DNA of 64,000 nucleotides from Nitrospirota bacterium (GTDB taxonomy: Bacteria; Nitrospirota; UBA9217). A program made the translations under genes and the position numbers. The stretch's first letter is position 1. Each line of letters starts with the position of its first letter. The notes under the pieces were generated by a model that had not been told where the DNA came from, made no database searches, and worked only from the letters and a program-made list of their open reading frames with translations. Location of the stretch: assembly GCA_963737155.1 (NCBI GenBank), contig CAVTRN010000002.1:2592001-2656000 (forward strand), given 5' to 3'. This document shows, piece by piece, positions 30,944 through 42,429 of the stretch.

Positions 30944-32740
30944 GTGAATGCATTCTATAAAAATTTGGCGCTGATACTGCTCTTCGTCGTCGTATCGGTG
31001 CTCATTTTCAATCTGTTCAATCCCGTCTCCCAGTCGGCGGTCCTGATCCCGTTCAGCGACGTCATGACCAAAATCTCCAACAACGAGGTTAATGACGTTA
31101 CCATCAAGGGAGCAGAAATGTTCGGGAATCTTAAAACGGGCAAATCGTTCAAGACAAATCTGCCCGATTATCCCGACTTGGTCAAGGACCTTATGGCCAA
31201 GGGTGTCAAAATCAATGCGGAACCGGTCAAGGATTCGCCTTGGTACAATTTTCTGGTTGTTTGGGCACCGCTTATCCTCATGGCGCTCTGGTTCTTCTTC
31301 ATCATGCGCAACATGCAGATGGGTGGCAATAAGGCGCTGTCATTCGGCAAAAGCCGGGCAAAACTCCTGAATGAGAGCACGAAGAAAGTGACTTTCAGCG
31401 AGGTTGCCGGCATGGACGAAGCCAAGGTCGAGGTCCAGGAAATCATCGAAATCCTGAAGGACCCCCAGAAGTTTCAGAAGCTCGGCGGCAAAATCCCCAA
31501 GGGGGTGCTGCTCGTCGGCCCTCCGGGAACGGGCAAAACGCTCCTCGCACGGGCTATCGCGGGCGAGGCCGGCGTGCCCTTCCTGTCGATCAGCGGCTCC
31601 GATTTTGTTGAAATGTTTGTGGGCGTGGGCGCATCGCGCGTCCGCGACCTTTTCGAACAGGGCAAAAAGAACGCGCCCTGCATTATCTTCATCGACGAGA
31701 TCGACGCCGTGGGAAGACACCGCGGAGCGGGACTAGGCGGCGGGCATGACGAACGAGAGCAGACACTGAACCAACTTCTTGTCGAAATGGACGGTTTCGA
31801 GAGCAATGAAGGCGTGATCCTCGTCGCAGCGACGAACCGCCCCGATGTGCTCGACCCAGCCCTCCTTCGGCCCGGCAGATTTGATCGCCAAGTCGTAATC
31901 CCCCGTCCCGATTTGAATGGCAGGGTCGGCGTACTGAAAGTACACACCCTGAAAATCAAGCTCGCACCGCATGTGGACATCGAGGCTATCGCGCGTGGCA
32001 CACCAGGACTTTCCGGCGCAGAACTGGCTAACCTAGTGAATGAAGCCGCTCTGCTCGCAGGAAGAATGGGCAAGACGCAGGTTGAAAACGATGACTTTGA
32101 CCGGGCAAAAGATAAAATTCTGATGGGCCTCGAGCGTAAGTCTATGCTTATCAGCGATGAAGAGAAGACAAACACGGCCTATCATGAGGCCGGCCATACG
32201 ATGGTTGCGAAACTTCTTCCCGGCACCGACCCCGTGCACAAAGTCTCCATCATTCCACGTGGCATGGCTCTGGGAATCACGCTTCAGCTTCCCACCGCGG
32301 ACCGCTATTCCTATGACCGTGAACACCTCCTGAACAACATTGCCATTCTGCTGGGCGGCAGGGCCGCTGAGGAGATAGCGCTCCAGCATATGACGACGGG
32401 AGCGGGAAACGATATCGAGCGCGCCACCACTCTGGCGCGAAAAATGGTAACCGAGTGGGGCATGAGCGACAAACTGGGCCCCCTTGCCTACGGCAGAAAG
32501 GAAGAGCAAATATTCCTCGGCCGCGAAATCGCGCAGCACCGCGACTACAGCGAACATACAGCCATCGAAATCGATGAGGAAGTGAAACGGATTGTGTCGG
32601 AAAACTACGAAAAAGCAAAGAAACTGATCGGCGACCGTAGGGAAACACTTGACCGGCTGACCAAGGCCCTGCTCGAAAAAGAAACCCTTGATGGTCCCGA
32701 GATCGAGGTTATCATAAACGGCCAACCAGCGGCGGCATAG
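30944..32740 (+). CDS. ftsH: ATP-dependent zinc metalloprotease FtsH
   Basis: Two TM segments, [20 protein letters not shown] and HEAGH. Confidence 0.99.
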   Translation: MNAFYKNLALILLFVVVSVLIFNLFNPVSQSAVLIPFSDVMTKISNNEVNDVTIKGAEMFGNLKTGKSFKTNLPDYPDLVKDLMAKGVKINAEPVKDSPWYNFLVVWAPLILMALWFFFIMRNMQMGGNKALSFGKSRAKLLNESTKKVTFSEVAGMDEAKVEVQEIIEILKDPQKFQKLGGKIPKGVLLVGPPGTGKTLLARAIAGEAGVPFLSISGSDFVEMFVGVGASRVRDLFEQGKKNAPCIIFIDEIDAVGRHRGAGLGGGHDEREQTLNQLLVEMDGFESNEGVILVAATNRPDVLDPALLRPGRFDRQVVIPRPDLNGRVGVLKVHTLKIKLAPHVDIEAIARGTPGLSGAELANLVNEAALLAGRMGKTQVENDDFDRAKDKILMGLERKSMLISDEEKTNTAYHEAGHTMVAKLLPGTDPVHKVSIIPRGMALGITLQLPTADRYSYDREHLLNNIAILLGGRAAEEIALQHMTTGAGNDIERATTLARKMVTEWGMSDKLGPLAYGRKEEQIFLGREIAQHRDYSEHTAIEIDEEVKRIVSENYEKAKKLIGDRRETLDRLTKALLEKETLDGPEIEVIINGQPAAA

Positions 32741-32749
32741 GAGCGAAGG

Positions 32750-33916
32750 ATGGTGCCTATCCTCCGGATCTCCGGCCGTGGAGAGCTCGGTATAATTATT
32801 CACGGACTGACCCCGGATCATGTAAGGAGAATCCGGGAGTTAATGAAATCATCGGACGTCGGGGCAGGTTTCGAAACTGCCCCGACGTCTTCTTTGAACG
32901 GCGCAATACCGGCGCTTATACTCAGCGGCGCCCCCGGGCAATTGAAGCGTCTTCCGCCTATTTTCGCATTAGATCATAGCGTCCCCGCTGCTATTCCCCA
33001 AAAAATCAACTCTTTGCTTGACAACTACTTGCGCTCAGATTATAAGATTGATTGCAGGGGAAAAGTCCTCGATCTCGGTAGGCACACCCATATTATGGGA
33101 ATCCTGAACGTAACTCCAGATTCCTTTTCAGACGGTGGACAGTTCGTCGCAGCGGACCGCGCCCGGGCTCATGCGCACGAAATGGTTGCGGCAGGAGCGG
33201 ACATCATTGACGTAGGGGGAGAATCCACGCGCCCCGGCGCGGATCCGGTTCCGGAAGACGAGGAACTGCGAAGGATACTCCCGATCATCGAACGTCTCTC
33301 GGTTGAACTGCCCGTTCCCCTCTCTGTCGACACCTACAAAGCATCTGTGGCCAGGAAGGCCCTTGAGGCCGGCGCATCGATGGTAAACGACATCAGCGGG
33401 CTCCGGTACTCTCCGGATATGGCAAAGATTGTTGCAGACTCAGGAGCCGCCCTAGTCATCATGCACATTAAGGGCAAGCCGCGCAACATGCAGCAGAACC
33501 CCAAGTATGACGATGTAGTCGGTGAAATCATAGACTACCTCGAGGAAAGCATCGAGACAGCGGAGAAGGCCGGCGTCGACCGGGAGAAAATCGTCATCGA
33601 TCCCGGCATCGGATTCGGTAAGAACCTAGCGCACAACCTTGAACTGATCGACCGGCTCGATGAGCTCAGGGTCCTCGGCAGGCCCATTATGCTCGGGACG
33701 TCAAGAAAAAAATTTATTGGTACGATTCTCGACATCTCCGTCCCTGAGCAGCGCGTCAACGGCACGGCTGCTTCAGTGGCCCTCGGAATCGCCCGAGGCG
33801 CCGCCATCTTCAGGGTTCATGACGTGGCGCAGATGGTCCAGGTCGCGCGCATGACGGATGCGATGGTTAAAACAGACCCCAGGATCAGGCTGCAAATCAA
33901 CGATATATACCCGTGA
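32750..33916 (+). CDS. folP: Dihydropteroate synthase (with N-terminal extension)
   Basis: MGILNVTPDSFSDGG, GGESTRPG, DPGIGFGK, SRK and RVHDV. Confidence 0.96.
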   Translation: MVPILRISGRGELGIIIHGLTPDHVRRIRELMKSSDVGAGFETAPTSSLNGAIPALILSGAPGQLKRLPPIFALDHSVPAAIPQKINSLLDNYLRSDYKIDCRGKVLDLGRHTHIMGILNVTPDSFSDGGQFVAADRARAHAHEMVAAGADIIDVGGESTRPGADPVPEDEELRRILPIIERLSVELPVPLSVDTYKASVARKALEAGASMVNDISGLRYSPDMAKIVADSGAALVIMHIKGKPRNMQQNPKYDDVVGEIIDYLEESIETAEKAGVDREKIVIDPGIGFGKNLAHNLELIDRLDELRVLGRPIMLGTSRKKFIGTILDISVPEQRVNGTAASVALGIARGAAIFRVHDVAQMVQVARMTDAMVKTDPRIRLQINDIYP

Positions 33917-34032
33917 TCAACAGCCTTTTTTTGCGCGGGAAACAACGATTCCGAGCAAGCAGGAGTGACCGCAAAATCCCGAGGCCCTGTCGTTGTCATA
34001 ATTGATGAGCCCTATCGTACAAATCAGAAATC

Positions 34033-34857
34033 ATGTTCAAGAACTTCACCGAAATACGCGAAATCCTGGCGCACTACCGCTGGCTTAATGATACGATAGA
34101 CATTGCACTCGTTTATTATATCTTTTACCGGTTACTACTGCTTATCAAAGGCACCCGCGCCTTCCAGATGCTTATCGGCATCGGAATCATCGTGCTTGTG
34201 CTTATTGCTTCTCAGGCCTTTGAATTTTATACGCTCGACTGGCTCATCCACAGTTTCTGGTCCCAGATCGTGCTCGCTGTCGTGGTTTTGTTCCAGCCTG
34301 AGATCAGGCGCACCCTGGCCCGGGTGGGAGAACGACCCCTGTTCCGGTCCCTCTCAACAGTCGAGGGCTCAAAATTTATCGAGGAGACTGTGAAGGCCGC
34401 CGTATCCATGGCAAACAAGCGGATCGGCGCGCTCATCGTACTCGAGCGCGATACGGACCTGACGACGATCGTCGAAATGGGTACTGAACTCGACGCCAAG
34501 GTCACCAAGGAGCTCCTCGTGAGCATTTTCCTTCCCTACGCGCCGATCCACGATGGAGCCGCTATCATCCGGGGTGGGAGGATCATTGCCGCCGGCTGTT
34601 TCCTGCCGCTCACGCTTTCCTCGAACATATCAAAAGCGCTCGGCACTCGTCACCGAGCCGCTGTAGGCCTCACCGAGGAGGCCGATGCGGTGGTAGTTGT
34701 CGTGTCCGAGGAGACTGGCGAGATATCAGTCGTCAGGGATGGAACAATCGATCATATCGCCGACGCTCAGGCTCTCAGGAAAACGCTGTCCGATCTTTTC
34801 ATACAGAAGAAAAACGGGAAATCACGATATGGACTTCCGGAAAATTATACTCGATAA
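34033..34857 (+). CDS. cdaA: Diadenylate cyclase CdaA/DacA
   Basis: Three TM segments, FQPEIR, HDGA and GTRHRAA. Confidence 0.96.
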   Translation: MFKNFTEIREILAHYRWLNDTIDIALVYYIFYRLLLLIKGTRAFQMLIGIGIIVLVLIASQAFEFYTLDWLIHSFWSQIVLAVVVLFQPEIRRTLARVGERPLFRSLSTVEGSKFIEETVKAAVSMANKRIGALIVLERDTDLTTIVEMGTELDAKVTKELLVSIFLPYAPIHDGAAIIRGGRIIAAGCFLPLTLSSNISKALGTRHRAAVGLTEEADAVVVVVSEETGEISVVRDGTIDHIADAQALRKTLSDLFIQKKNGKSRYGLPENYTR

Positions 34858-35485
34858 TTGGGGTATCAAGCTGCTGTCGCTTGCCCTGTCACTCACACTC
34901 TGGTCGTTCGTCACCTCGAAAGGGAAAACCGAGATAACGCTCACGATCCCGATCGAACTGCGAAACATCCCCCAGGATATGGCAGTTGTCGGCGATGTAA
35001 CCAGTTCCATGGAGGCGCGCGTACAAGGCCCAGAACGGGTGCTCGGTGACATCGCCATCGGTAAGAAAGTGGTCTGTATTGCCGATCTGTCTATGACAAA
35101 GGTTGGGGAGAACCTCGTACAGGTCTCTCCTGACGACATCAGACGGCCGACCGGACTGGCAGTCACCTATATGTCCTTGTCTGAGATCGAGGTTAAACTT
35201 GAGCCCTTGATGCGAAAAACGTTTCGTCTCAAACCTATTCTTCATGGAAATCCGGCAGCTGGCTTCCATGTGGCAAACATCTCGGTTTCGCCTTCGAAAA
35301 TCACTCTGGAAGCTGCCACAGGCGTCATGAAAACTCTGGACAGCCTTGAAACCATGCCGATCGATATCCGGGGAGCCCACGAGGACCTGACGGTGGAGCC
35401 AAAAATCGATTATCAGGGCAAACAGGTAAAAATTCTCGAGAAGAACATTTCTGTGCATATCACTCTGAAAAGGACTCACCAATGA
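34829..35485 (+). CDS. cdaR: CdaR/YbbR-like regulator
   Basis: [16 protein letters not shown] anchor plus YbbR repeats, located between cdaA and glmM. Confidence 0.88.
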   Translation: MDFRKIILDNWGIKLLSLALSLTLWSFVTSKGKTEITLTIPIELRNIPQDMAVVGDVTSSMEARVQGPERVLGDIAIGKKVVCIADLSMTKVGENLVQVSPDDIRRPTGLAVTYMSLSEIEVKLEPLMRKTFRLKPILHGNPAAGFHVANISVSPSKITLEAATGVMKTLDSLETMPIDIRGAHEDLTVEPKIDYQGKQVKILEKNISVHITLKRTHQ

Positions 35486-36831
35486 AAAAACTGTTCGGAA
35501 CCGATGGAGTCCGTGGTGTTGCAAACCAGGACCCCATGACCTCTGAAATGGCACTCCGTATCGGCAGGGCCGCTGCACACATTTTCCGTGATTCCCCCCG
35601 GAGACACCGCATCGTCATCGGGAAGGATACACGCCTCTCGGGGTACATGATCGAAAGCGCGCTCACGGCCGGACTTTGCTCCATGGGCATGGATGTACTA
35701 CTCGTAGGTCCGGTCCCGACGCCTGGCATCGCCTTCCTTACGAGAAGCCTCAGAGCCGACGCGGGTGTCGTTGTCTCAGCCTCGCATAACCCCTATGAAG
35801 ACAACGGCATTAAGTTCTTTGGCAGGGACGGATTCAAGCTTCCCGACGAAGTCGAGAAAAAGATCGAAGGCCTGATCTTCACAGGTGCCATCGACGGCAT
35901 CCGGCCGACGGCGTCCGAAATCGGCAAGGCTTTCAGAATCGATGACGCGATCGGGAGATACAATGAGTTCGTAAAGTCCTCCATTCCACGCGGCATGGAT
36001 CTGTCTGGCATCCGGATGGTTGTCGACTCCGCCAACGGCGCGGCATACAAGATAGGGCCGCGCATCCTGACCGAGCTCGGAGCGGATGTCATTTCTCTTT
36101 ATGATCAGCCGTCGGGCATGAACATCAACCAGGGCTGCGGCTCCCTCTATCCTGAAGTGATCTCACACGCGGTAGTCGCGAATAATGCCCAGATCGGTAT
36201 TGCCTTCGACGGCGACGCGGATCGAATGATCCTCTGCGACGAAAAAGGAAAGATCATCGATGGCGATGCTATTATGGCTATCTGCGCCCTCCATATGATG
36301 CGGGAAGGAACGTTGAAACACAACACACTTGTTGCGACAGTCATGAGCAACCTGGGCCTAGAGATCGCATTGCAGAAGGCGGGCGGCAGACTTATCCGCG
36401 CGTCGGTAGGAGACCGTTATGTAATGGAAAAAATGATCGAAGGCGGTTTCAATCTCGGCGGCGAGCAATCAGGACATGTCATTTTTCTGGACCACAATAC
36501 CACAGGAGACGGAATTATCTCGGCTCTCCAAGTTCTATCCATCATGAAGCGGACCGGCGAACACCTGTCGGTGCTCGCCGGTTGCATGAAGACCTATCCT
36601 CAGGTCCTGGTAAATGTAAAAGTCAGAGAGCGACGCGATCTCTCTTCAATTCCGGAGATAGCCCATCGCATGGCTGAAATCGAGAAGCAGATCGATGGGA
36701 CGGGCCGCCTCCTCCTTCGATATTCTGGAACCGAGCCCAAAGTGCGTGTTATGATCGAGGGTGAGGACCATGAGAAAATCAGGGCGCTTGCCAACGATCT
36801 TGCCGAAATCATCAAAGAAAAGTTGGGGTAA
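35482..36831 (+). CDS. glmM: Phosphoglucosamine mutase
   Basis: [20 protein letters not shown] and GGEQSGH. Confidence 0.98.
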   Translation: MKKLFGTDGVRGVANQDPMTSEMALRIGRAAAHIFRDSPRRHRIVIGKDTRLSGYMIESALTAGLCSMGMDVLLVGPVPTPGIAFLTRSLRADAGVVVSASHNPYEDNGIKFFGRDGFKLPDEVEKKIEGLIFTGAIDGIRPTASEIGKAFRIDDAIGRYNEFVKSSIPRGMDLSGIRMVVDSANGAAYKIGPRILTELGADVISLYDQPSGMNINQGCGSLYPEVISHAVVANNAQIGIAFDGDADRMILCDEKGKIIDGDAIMAICALHMMREGTLKHNTLVATVMSNLGLEIALQKAGGRLIRASVGDRYVMEKMIEGGFNLGGEQSGHVIFLDHNTTGDGIISALQVLSIMKRTGEHLSVLAGCMKTYPQVLVNVKVRERRDLSSIPEIAHRMAEIEKQIDGTGRLLLRYSGTEPKVRVMIEGEDHEKIRALANDLAEIIKEKLG

Positions 36832-37016
36832 ACAGCCCGCGATTTCACCATGTCAGTTAATCCGTGACTCTGCCGTTTCAATGCCGGGTCCTCCCTGCGG
36901 AAACTCAGTATCTCCTCAAAGGCAGTCATGATTTTTTTAGTTCCTGTACCGGATCAACATCACTGATCATGAATAATGGTTTGAAACAGATTATCTGAAC
37001 TGGAATCGGTTCGGGA

Positions 37017-37925
37017 TCAGGAAATGGGGGATTTGATTGGATAGACCTTCAGAAAATTCAGAAACTCCTTCGCTGTGTGGGTGCAGTAATTCCGCTTAGG
37101 TGAAATAATGCTGAAGTTGCGATGGAATTTGACATCCTTAAATGTCGTAACTTTGAGTATCCCGTGTTTGATTACCTGCCGCGCCGCCCAGGCTGATACG
37201 ATGGATATCCCCATCCCCTCTTCCACTGCGCTCTTTATGGATTCGGTGCTCCCAAGCACAAGCGTAATGCGAAGGTGGTCAAGTTTAATACCATGGTCCT
37301 CGAGATGCTTCAGGATGATCTGGCGGGTGCCGGAACCTTCTTCCCGCATGATAAGCGGTTCCTTGGTCAGATCCATGCCCGGAATATTTCGTCGCTCGGC
37401 CCAGGGATGCGCTGGCGACATGATCACTACTAATTCATCAGAAAGGAGCGTATCGACACTGAACCGCTGTTTGCTCACGTCGCCTTCAACTAGAGCGATA
37501 TCGATCTCACCGGCATTCAGCTTTTCCGTAATGGTTTTCGTGTTGCTAACGAAAAGGGATATATTGACCTGGGGAACTTTTCTCTTGAAGGCTGAGATGA
37601 TCTGAGGAAGAAGATAGTTCCCAATCGTGGAACTAGCACCGATGGAGAGCGATCCCTTGACTGCACCGGTGATTTCACTGATATTCTTCTGCGCCTCGGC
37701 GTAAAGAGCGAGGATCTCCTTGGCCCGTTTATAGAGGATCTCACCGGCCGGCGTGAGGTTGATCGTATTCCCAGATCGGTCGAAAAGCCGCGTCTCGTAA
37801 AGTTCCTCCATGGCCTGCACCTGGAGACTCACGGCCGGCTGAGTCAGGTGGATGAGTTCTGAGGCTTTGGAGAAGCTCTTCGTATCGGCGACTGCGCAGA
37901 AAACTCTTAGTTTATGATCTTCCAT
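37017..37925 (-). CDS. LysR-family transcriptional regulator (CysL/YeiE-like)
   Basis: HTH SFSKASELIHLTQPAVS, IGASSTIG and REEGSGTR. Confidence 0.93.
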   Translation of the reverse strand: MEDHKLRVFCAVADTKSFSKASELIHLTQPAVSLQVQAMEELYETRLFDRSGNTINLTPAGEILYKRAKEILALYAEAQKNISEITGAVKGSLSIGASSTIGNYLLPQIISAFKRKVPQVNISLFVSNTKTITEKLNAGEIDIALVEGDVSKQRFSVDTLLSDELVVIMSPAHPWAERRNIPGMDLTKEPLIMREEGSGTRQIILKHLEDHGIKLDHLRITLVLGSTESIKSAVEEGMGISIVSAWAARQVIKHGILKVTTFKDVKFHRNFSIISPKRNYCTHTAKEFLNFLKVYPIKSPIS

Positions 37926-38170
37926 AAATTAACCAAGGACAAGTGTGATTAAGAAGGGTTGAAAAGCTATTAGTATGGATGGTAAAACTATTCACGAAGT
38001 ATATTATTATAATTTATAAATCAATCACTTGCCATTGTCAAGAGGTTTATACGTTCTGTTATCGAAATAGAACATAGTCCGTCTTTATTCCGAACAAAAT
38101 TTTCTTGACATTTTCCGCAATACAGTTAAAATGCACGGGTTTTGCGATATTCCCCGGAGGTGATACTACC

Positions 38171-38344
38171 ATGGCAGAAATGAGTAAAACCGCAAAAGCA
38201 GCCACCAAAAAGGCCGTTGTCAATCTCAACGTCCCCCAGTGCTGCGGCAAGCCGATGCAGGCGGCGAAAATGATGACTACGACCGGCAAAGTCCGCGGCA
38301 TGATGTGGCTGTGCGACAAATGCTGGAAAGAAAAAGCAATCTAA
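38171..38344 (+). CDS. Small zinc-ribbon protein (57 aa)
   Basis: TTGACA-N16-TAAAAT promoter at 38105, GGAGG RBS, CCGKPM...CDKC, followed by a terminator. Confidence 0.75.
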   Translation: MAEMSKTAKAATKKAVVNLNVPQCCGKPMQAAKMMTTTGKVRGMMWLCDKCWKEKAI

Positions 38345-38371
38345 GCTTTTTAACCATCAGTTAATTCCTGT

Positions 38372-38408
38372 AGAGGCGGTGAGATGTTCACCGCCTTTTT
38401 CCTTTTTT
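38372..38408 (+). terminator. Rho-independent terminator
   Basis: AGGCGGTGA-gatgt-TCACCGCCT followed by T-runs. Confidence 0.85.
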
Positions 38409-38587
38409 AGTCTCTTCTCCCCATTCCATAAAATCTCCAAACGCCTCCTCTATGAGGAGTTCCCTCTTGCAAATAATTAATTCTTATGATATTTTAAGAA
38501 CGCTTAAAATAAAGTGTCAGAGCTCTTTGATCCTCGTGAATGCATTGTTCCGATCTTTTTTACTTAAGGAGCTTTATTTATAAACTT

Positions 38588-39205
38588 ATGGCCCTTTTTC
38601 CGAAATCGATAGACTTTTTTGAACAATTCGACCGATCTCTCGAAAATCTGTCCCGGGCGGCCAATGTTCTCGTCGACGCCTTGAACAATTTCGAAAACTT
38701 CGATAAGAAAGCGAAGGCTATCTATGAGTTCGAGCAGCAAGGGGACATGCTCACCCATGACATCATGAAAGATCTGAACAAGACCTTTCTGACACCGATA
38801 GACCGTGAGGATATCCACGCCCTGGCATCTTGCATCGACGACATTCTCGATCTCATCTGGACCGCCGTAGATAGGATGGTGGTTTACTGTATCGAAAAAC
38901 CGACTCCCGAGGTCATTTCGATCGCCGAAGATCTCCAGATGATTGCCGACGTCCTAAAAAAGGCGCTCCGCGAACTCCGCGAGAAACAGTATTCCCACGT
39001 GCAGGAACTCTGTATCGAGGTCAACCGTCTTGAAAACCGTATCAATCGAAAATACCGCGACGCCCTCGGCAAACTCGTCAACGATCAGCACAACGCGGTC
39101 CATATCATCAAATGGAAGGATATCTACCATCTTCTAGAAGATGCCTCGAACCGGGCGGAGGATACTGCCAACATTCTAGAAGGCATCGTTCTGAAACAGA
39201 CTTGA
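38588..39205 (+). CDS. DUF47 (PhoU-like) phosphate transport regulator
   Basis: EQQGD, TFLTPIDREDI, IKWKDIY and EDTANILEGI. Confidence 0.9.
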   Translation: MALFPKSIDFFEQFDRSLENLSRAANVLVDALNNFENFDKKAKAIYEFEQQGDMLTHDIMKDLNKTFLTPIDREDIHALASCIDDILDLIWTAVDRMVVYCIEKPTPEVISIAEDLQMIADVLKKALRELREKQYSHVQELCIEVNRLENRINRKYRDALGKLVNDQHNAVHIIKWKDIYHLLEDASNRAEDTANILEGIVLKQT

Positions 39206-39209
39206 AATT

Positions 39210-39680
39210 CTGCTTCCTCATCATTATCCTACTGTAGCCTTCTTCGTCATCGCGAAGGGATAGCACGACTCGAACGCAATCGCGTATCAACCATAGTCCT
39301 GTCTCCCATGCTTGGTTGCGGTAATGCTAACGGCCTTCATGAACATTCTCGGCGCCTTCCTTACGACGCCGTGGCAAAGACCGTCGACATGAGTATTATC
39401 GTCCCCAATGCCGCCACCGACCTAGTCATCATCTCGGCGCTGCTCTCGGCCATAATCTGGAACCTCATCACGATTCTCATGGAATTTCCTGTGAGATCCT
39501 CGCATAAGCTCTTCGGATGAATCGCGAGGATATCCATGGCGCATGGCAGCTCGGGATCCTGTAAATCAGCAGTATCATCAAGATACTCACTGCGTTGCTC
39601 ATATCCCGGTCTTAGGCGTCGTCTTCGGCTATCTGTTCATGACGCTTATCCTCTCTCTGTTCGGACTTTTGTTCCACGGT
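39210..39680 (+). pseudogene. PiT-family inorganic phosphate transporter pseudogene
   Basis: Fragments HDSNAI, VAKTV and SALLSAIIWNLIT...PVRSSHKLFG with frameshifts and stops, in the usual position after DUF47. Confidence 0.75.
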
Positions 39681-39721
39681 ACACTCTGTAAATATGTCAA
39701 ATGCCGCGACTCAGGTCATTT

Positions 39722-40043
39722 TTAAGGCAAGGAAAATCGAATCTCCGCTATAAGGCTATATCAGGCGGCCAAGATCGCATTGTTCAGGAACAAAGACTTT
39801 ATCGTATATTTTATGAACAATCTTAAAGGACGGGCAAGAGCAAAAGGCATCGGCACGAATATGCATATCAAATTTGCCTCGGAACTTTTAGTCATCGTTT
39901 GGACGTTGAGGAAGAAGAAAGAATGCTTCGATCCGAAATATCTCAAGAACGAGGATCAAGATTCGCAAAAAAGCGGCATGACCGCGAAGTATAAACGCCT
40001 ATTTCGGCAAGAGAGCCCGGTAAGTAAAGTAGAGAGCGGTTGA
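39722..40043 (+). pseudogene. IS110-family transposase C-terminal remnant
   Basis: RQGKSNLRY / LYQAAKIA...KFASELLVIVWTLRKKKECFDP resembles the IS110 C-terminus. Confidence 0.6.
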
Positions 40044-40436
40044 CTTCGTTTAATACAATCAGAACCTCTCGTTTGTATGATAGAATAGGGTATTATGGGG
40101 GCCAGAGAGAAAGCGCGCCACGCCGATAAGCAATAACTATTAGATCTATCGTTCGTGTAAACGCGAAAAACTCATCGATAAAAACGATAGCGGCACGGAT
40201 GCCGAAAGACCAACTGTACTTTTCTAAACAAAGATGTATGTTGTTGAATAAATTAATCTTCTTTTTGGCAGGTGCGATATAATACAAACGCACGGAATAT
40301 TGTGACAAAGTCGCGGAAGTAGCTTCATGAAATCAATAGGTTGCTCGCTCTGTCTGGATCAAAATATTTCACATTTGAATTAGTATCAACAATAAGAAAA
40401 GGTGATAAACTTAGATTACTTCATGGGAGGAAGAAG

Positions 40437-41882
40437 ATGGTCAGAAGGAACATCTTCAGAAGACTGCTGGAAATAATTGTACTCGCGGGACTACTTTCCG
40501 CGTGCGGTGGAAGCGGGACATCATCGAGTTCTCCCGCGGCTAACCTGATTTCCATCTCGCTTACGCCAGCTGATTCAGCCATTGCCTTAGGAACAACCAT
40601 GCGGTTCACCGCAACCGGTATTTATTCCAGCAACATAAGACGGGACATCACCGCATCAGTTATCTGGACCTCGTCGGATAAGACAATTGCGACCATCAGC
40701 AACATGCCAGGTTCTCAGGGTGTCGCCACGGCTTTTCTAACAATCGGGTCCACAACTATCACAGCGACATCAGGCAGCATTGCCGGCATAACCACCATGA
40801 GTACATCAACAGTTGCTTCCATTGCTGTATCACCAGCGTCTGCCAGCATCGCGCCGGGGACACAACAGCAGTATAACGCTCAGGGGACTCTTGAAAGTGG
40901 CGATACGCAGGATTTAACTATATGGGCAGCTTGGACTTCATCGAATCAGACCATCGCCTTCATCAATAACACATCAGCTTTAGCCACTGCGGGAACCACC
41001 TCCGGTTTGGCCACGATCAGCGCCGCCTATGTCGGGGTCACCGGTACGGCTGTTCTCATCTCCTCACCAGTGATATCCATCGCAGTTAACCCGGCGAGTG
41101 CAAGCATAGCCGATGGCACGACGCAGCAGTTCACTGCTTCGGGAACCCTTGCAGATGGGGCCGGACAGAGTCTGACCACCTGGGCAACATGGACGTCGAC
41201 AAACACGGAGGTTGCCACAATCAGTAATCCCTCGACCACCAAAGGACTGGTCATGTCCGTTAACACGGGGACGACTTTCATTGCCGCGATCTTCGATTCA
41301 GTCAGTTCACCGTCAGCAACACTATCTGTTACTCCGGCTATTTTGTCTTCAATCACTATATCACCATCAAGTTCGAATATCCCCTTGGGCAAAACACAGC
41401 AGTTTGCTGCTTCGGGGACTTTTTCGGATGGTTCAAACCAGGATATATCGTCTTCAATAACGTGGGAATCTTCGAATGCGAGCGTAGCAAGCATCAACAA
41501 TAGCGGGCTGGCAACTTCCATTGCCGAGGGGGCGACTGCGATAACAGCAAGTTCGTCCGGAATTACCTCCAACACAGCAGCATTAACGGTAATTCCTCCC
41601 AAACTCGTATCCATCCGGGTTACTCCATCATCGGCAAGTATTGTGATAGGAAACACGCAGCAGTTTACGGCGACGGGGACTTATACCGATGGAAGTTCGA
41701 ATAATATAACAGGAATAGTTAACTGGACGTCTTCCAATACGTCTATAGCCACCATGAGCACGGCAGAAGGCTTTCAGGGGGTTGCTATTGCCTCTTTTTA
41801 TCAGAACGGATCGACCATAATTACCGCGAGTTTTTCCGGAATCACTTCTAATAATGCCGTCCTTACTGTAACTTTATTTTAA
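40437..41882 (+). CDS. Ig-like (Big_2) repeat lipoprotein, LigA-like
   Basis: Lipobox LLSAC and five repeats of SIxVTP...GxTQQFTATG...WTSSNxxxATI. Confidence 0.9.
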   Translation: MVRRNIFRRLLEIIVLAGLLSACGGSGTSSSSPAANLISISLTPADSAIALGTTMRFTATGIYSSNIRRDITASVIWTSSDKTIATISNMPGSQGVATAFLTIGSTTITATSGSIAGITTMSTSTVASIAVSPASASIAPGTQQQYNAQGTLESGDTQDLTIWAAWTSSNQTIAFINNTSALATAGTTSGLATISAAYVGVTGTAVLISSPVISIAVNPASASIADGTTQQFTASGTLADGAGQSLTTWATWTSTNTEVATISNPSTTKGLVMSVNTGTTFIAAIFDSVSSPSATLSVTPAILSSITISPSSSNIPLGKTQQFAASGTFSDGSNQDISSSITWESSNASVASINNSGLATSIAEGATAITASSSGITSNTAALTVIPPKLVSIRVTPSSASIVIGNTQQFTATGTYTDGSSNNITGIVNWTSSNTSIATMSTAEGFQGVAIASFYQNGSTIITASFSGITSNNAVLTVTLF

Positions 41883-42429
41883 GGCTCAAGTCCTTATTGA
41901 GTGGGTACTTTTCGTGAAAATAGCCAAAGATTTCAGATTTGACCGGTGCAATAATCTGAACATGTTCAGCGATACCCGCATAAATAGGCATCGATACGCA
42001 CTCGATGGTGCCTTTAAGATTGATAAATAAAAGCGCGCAGTGAGCTAAAAGGCATTTCTATTCCGGCTCAGTTTGTACCACTTTTTTACATGCCATTATA
42101 TGCATAAAACACTGTCGCAGAGCGGGTTCTATGAGTTGCTTATCTCATTTATACCCACTCGATAGGGACTTGACCCTATTTTAATTTATGGAACAGAACT
42201 CTGACTACGGATGCTCATCAGGTTTGACAATGAAGTTGAGAAAATCGTTGATCGTAAAGGTTCTGATAATTACCGTGTTGCCACACGCGTCGAGAAACGT
42301 TAAGAGGTGGATAATAGCTGGGAAAAGAACAAGATATGCCGCCATTGAGAATCCGAGATTAAAAAACTACCATTGTCATTCCCGTCGTTGCCTTCCACCG
42401 GTTACGCCCGTGCAGAAAACAGGCGTGTT

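Noticed and set aside
32033-32821. Long antisense ORFs over ftsH, pcrA, cdaR and the Ig-like gene
   Set aside because: These are shadow ORFs of well-supported genes, with no motifs.
34033-36831. cdaA-cdaR-glmM in a diderm as a novelty
   Set aside because: This conserved operon is already known, including outside Firmicutes.
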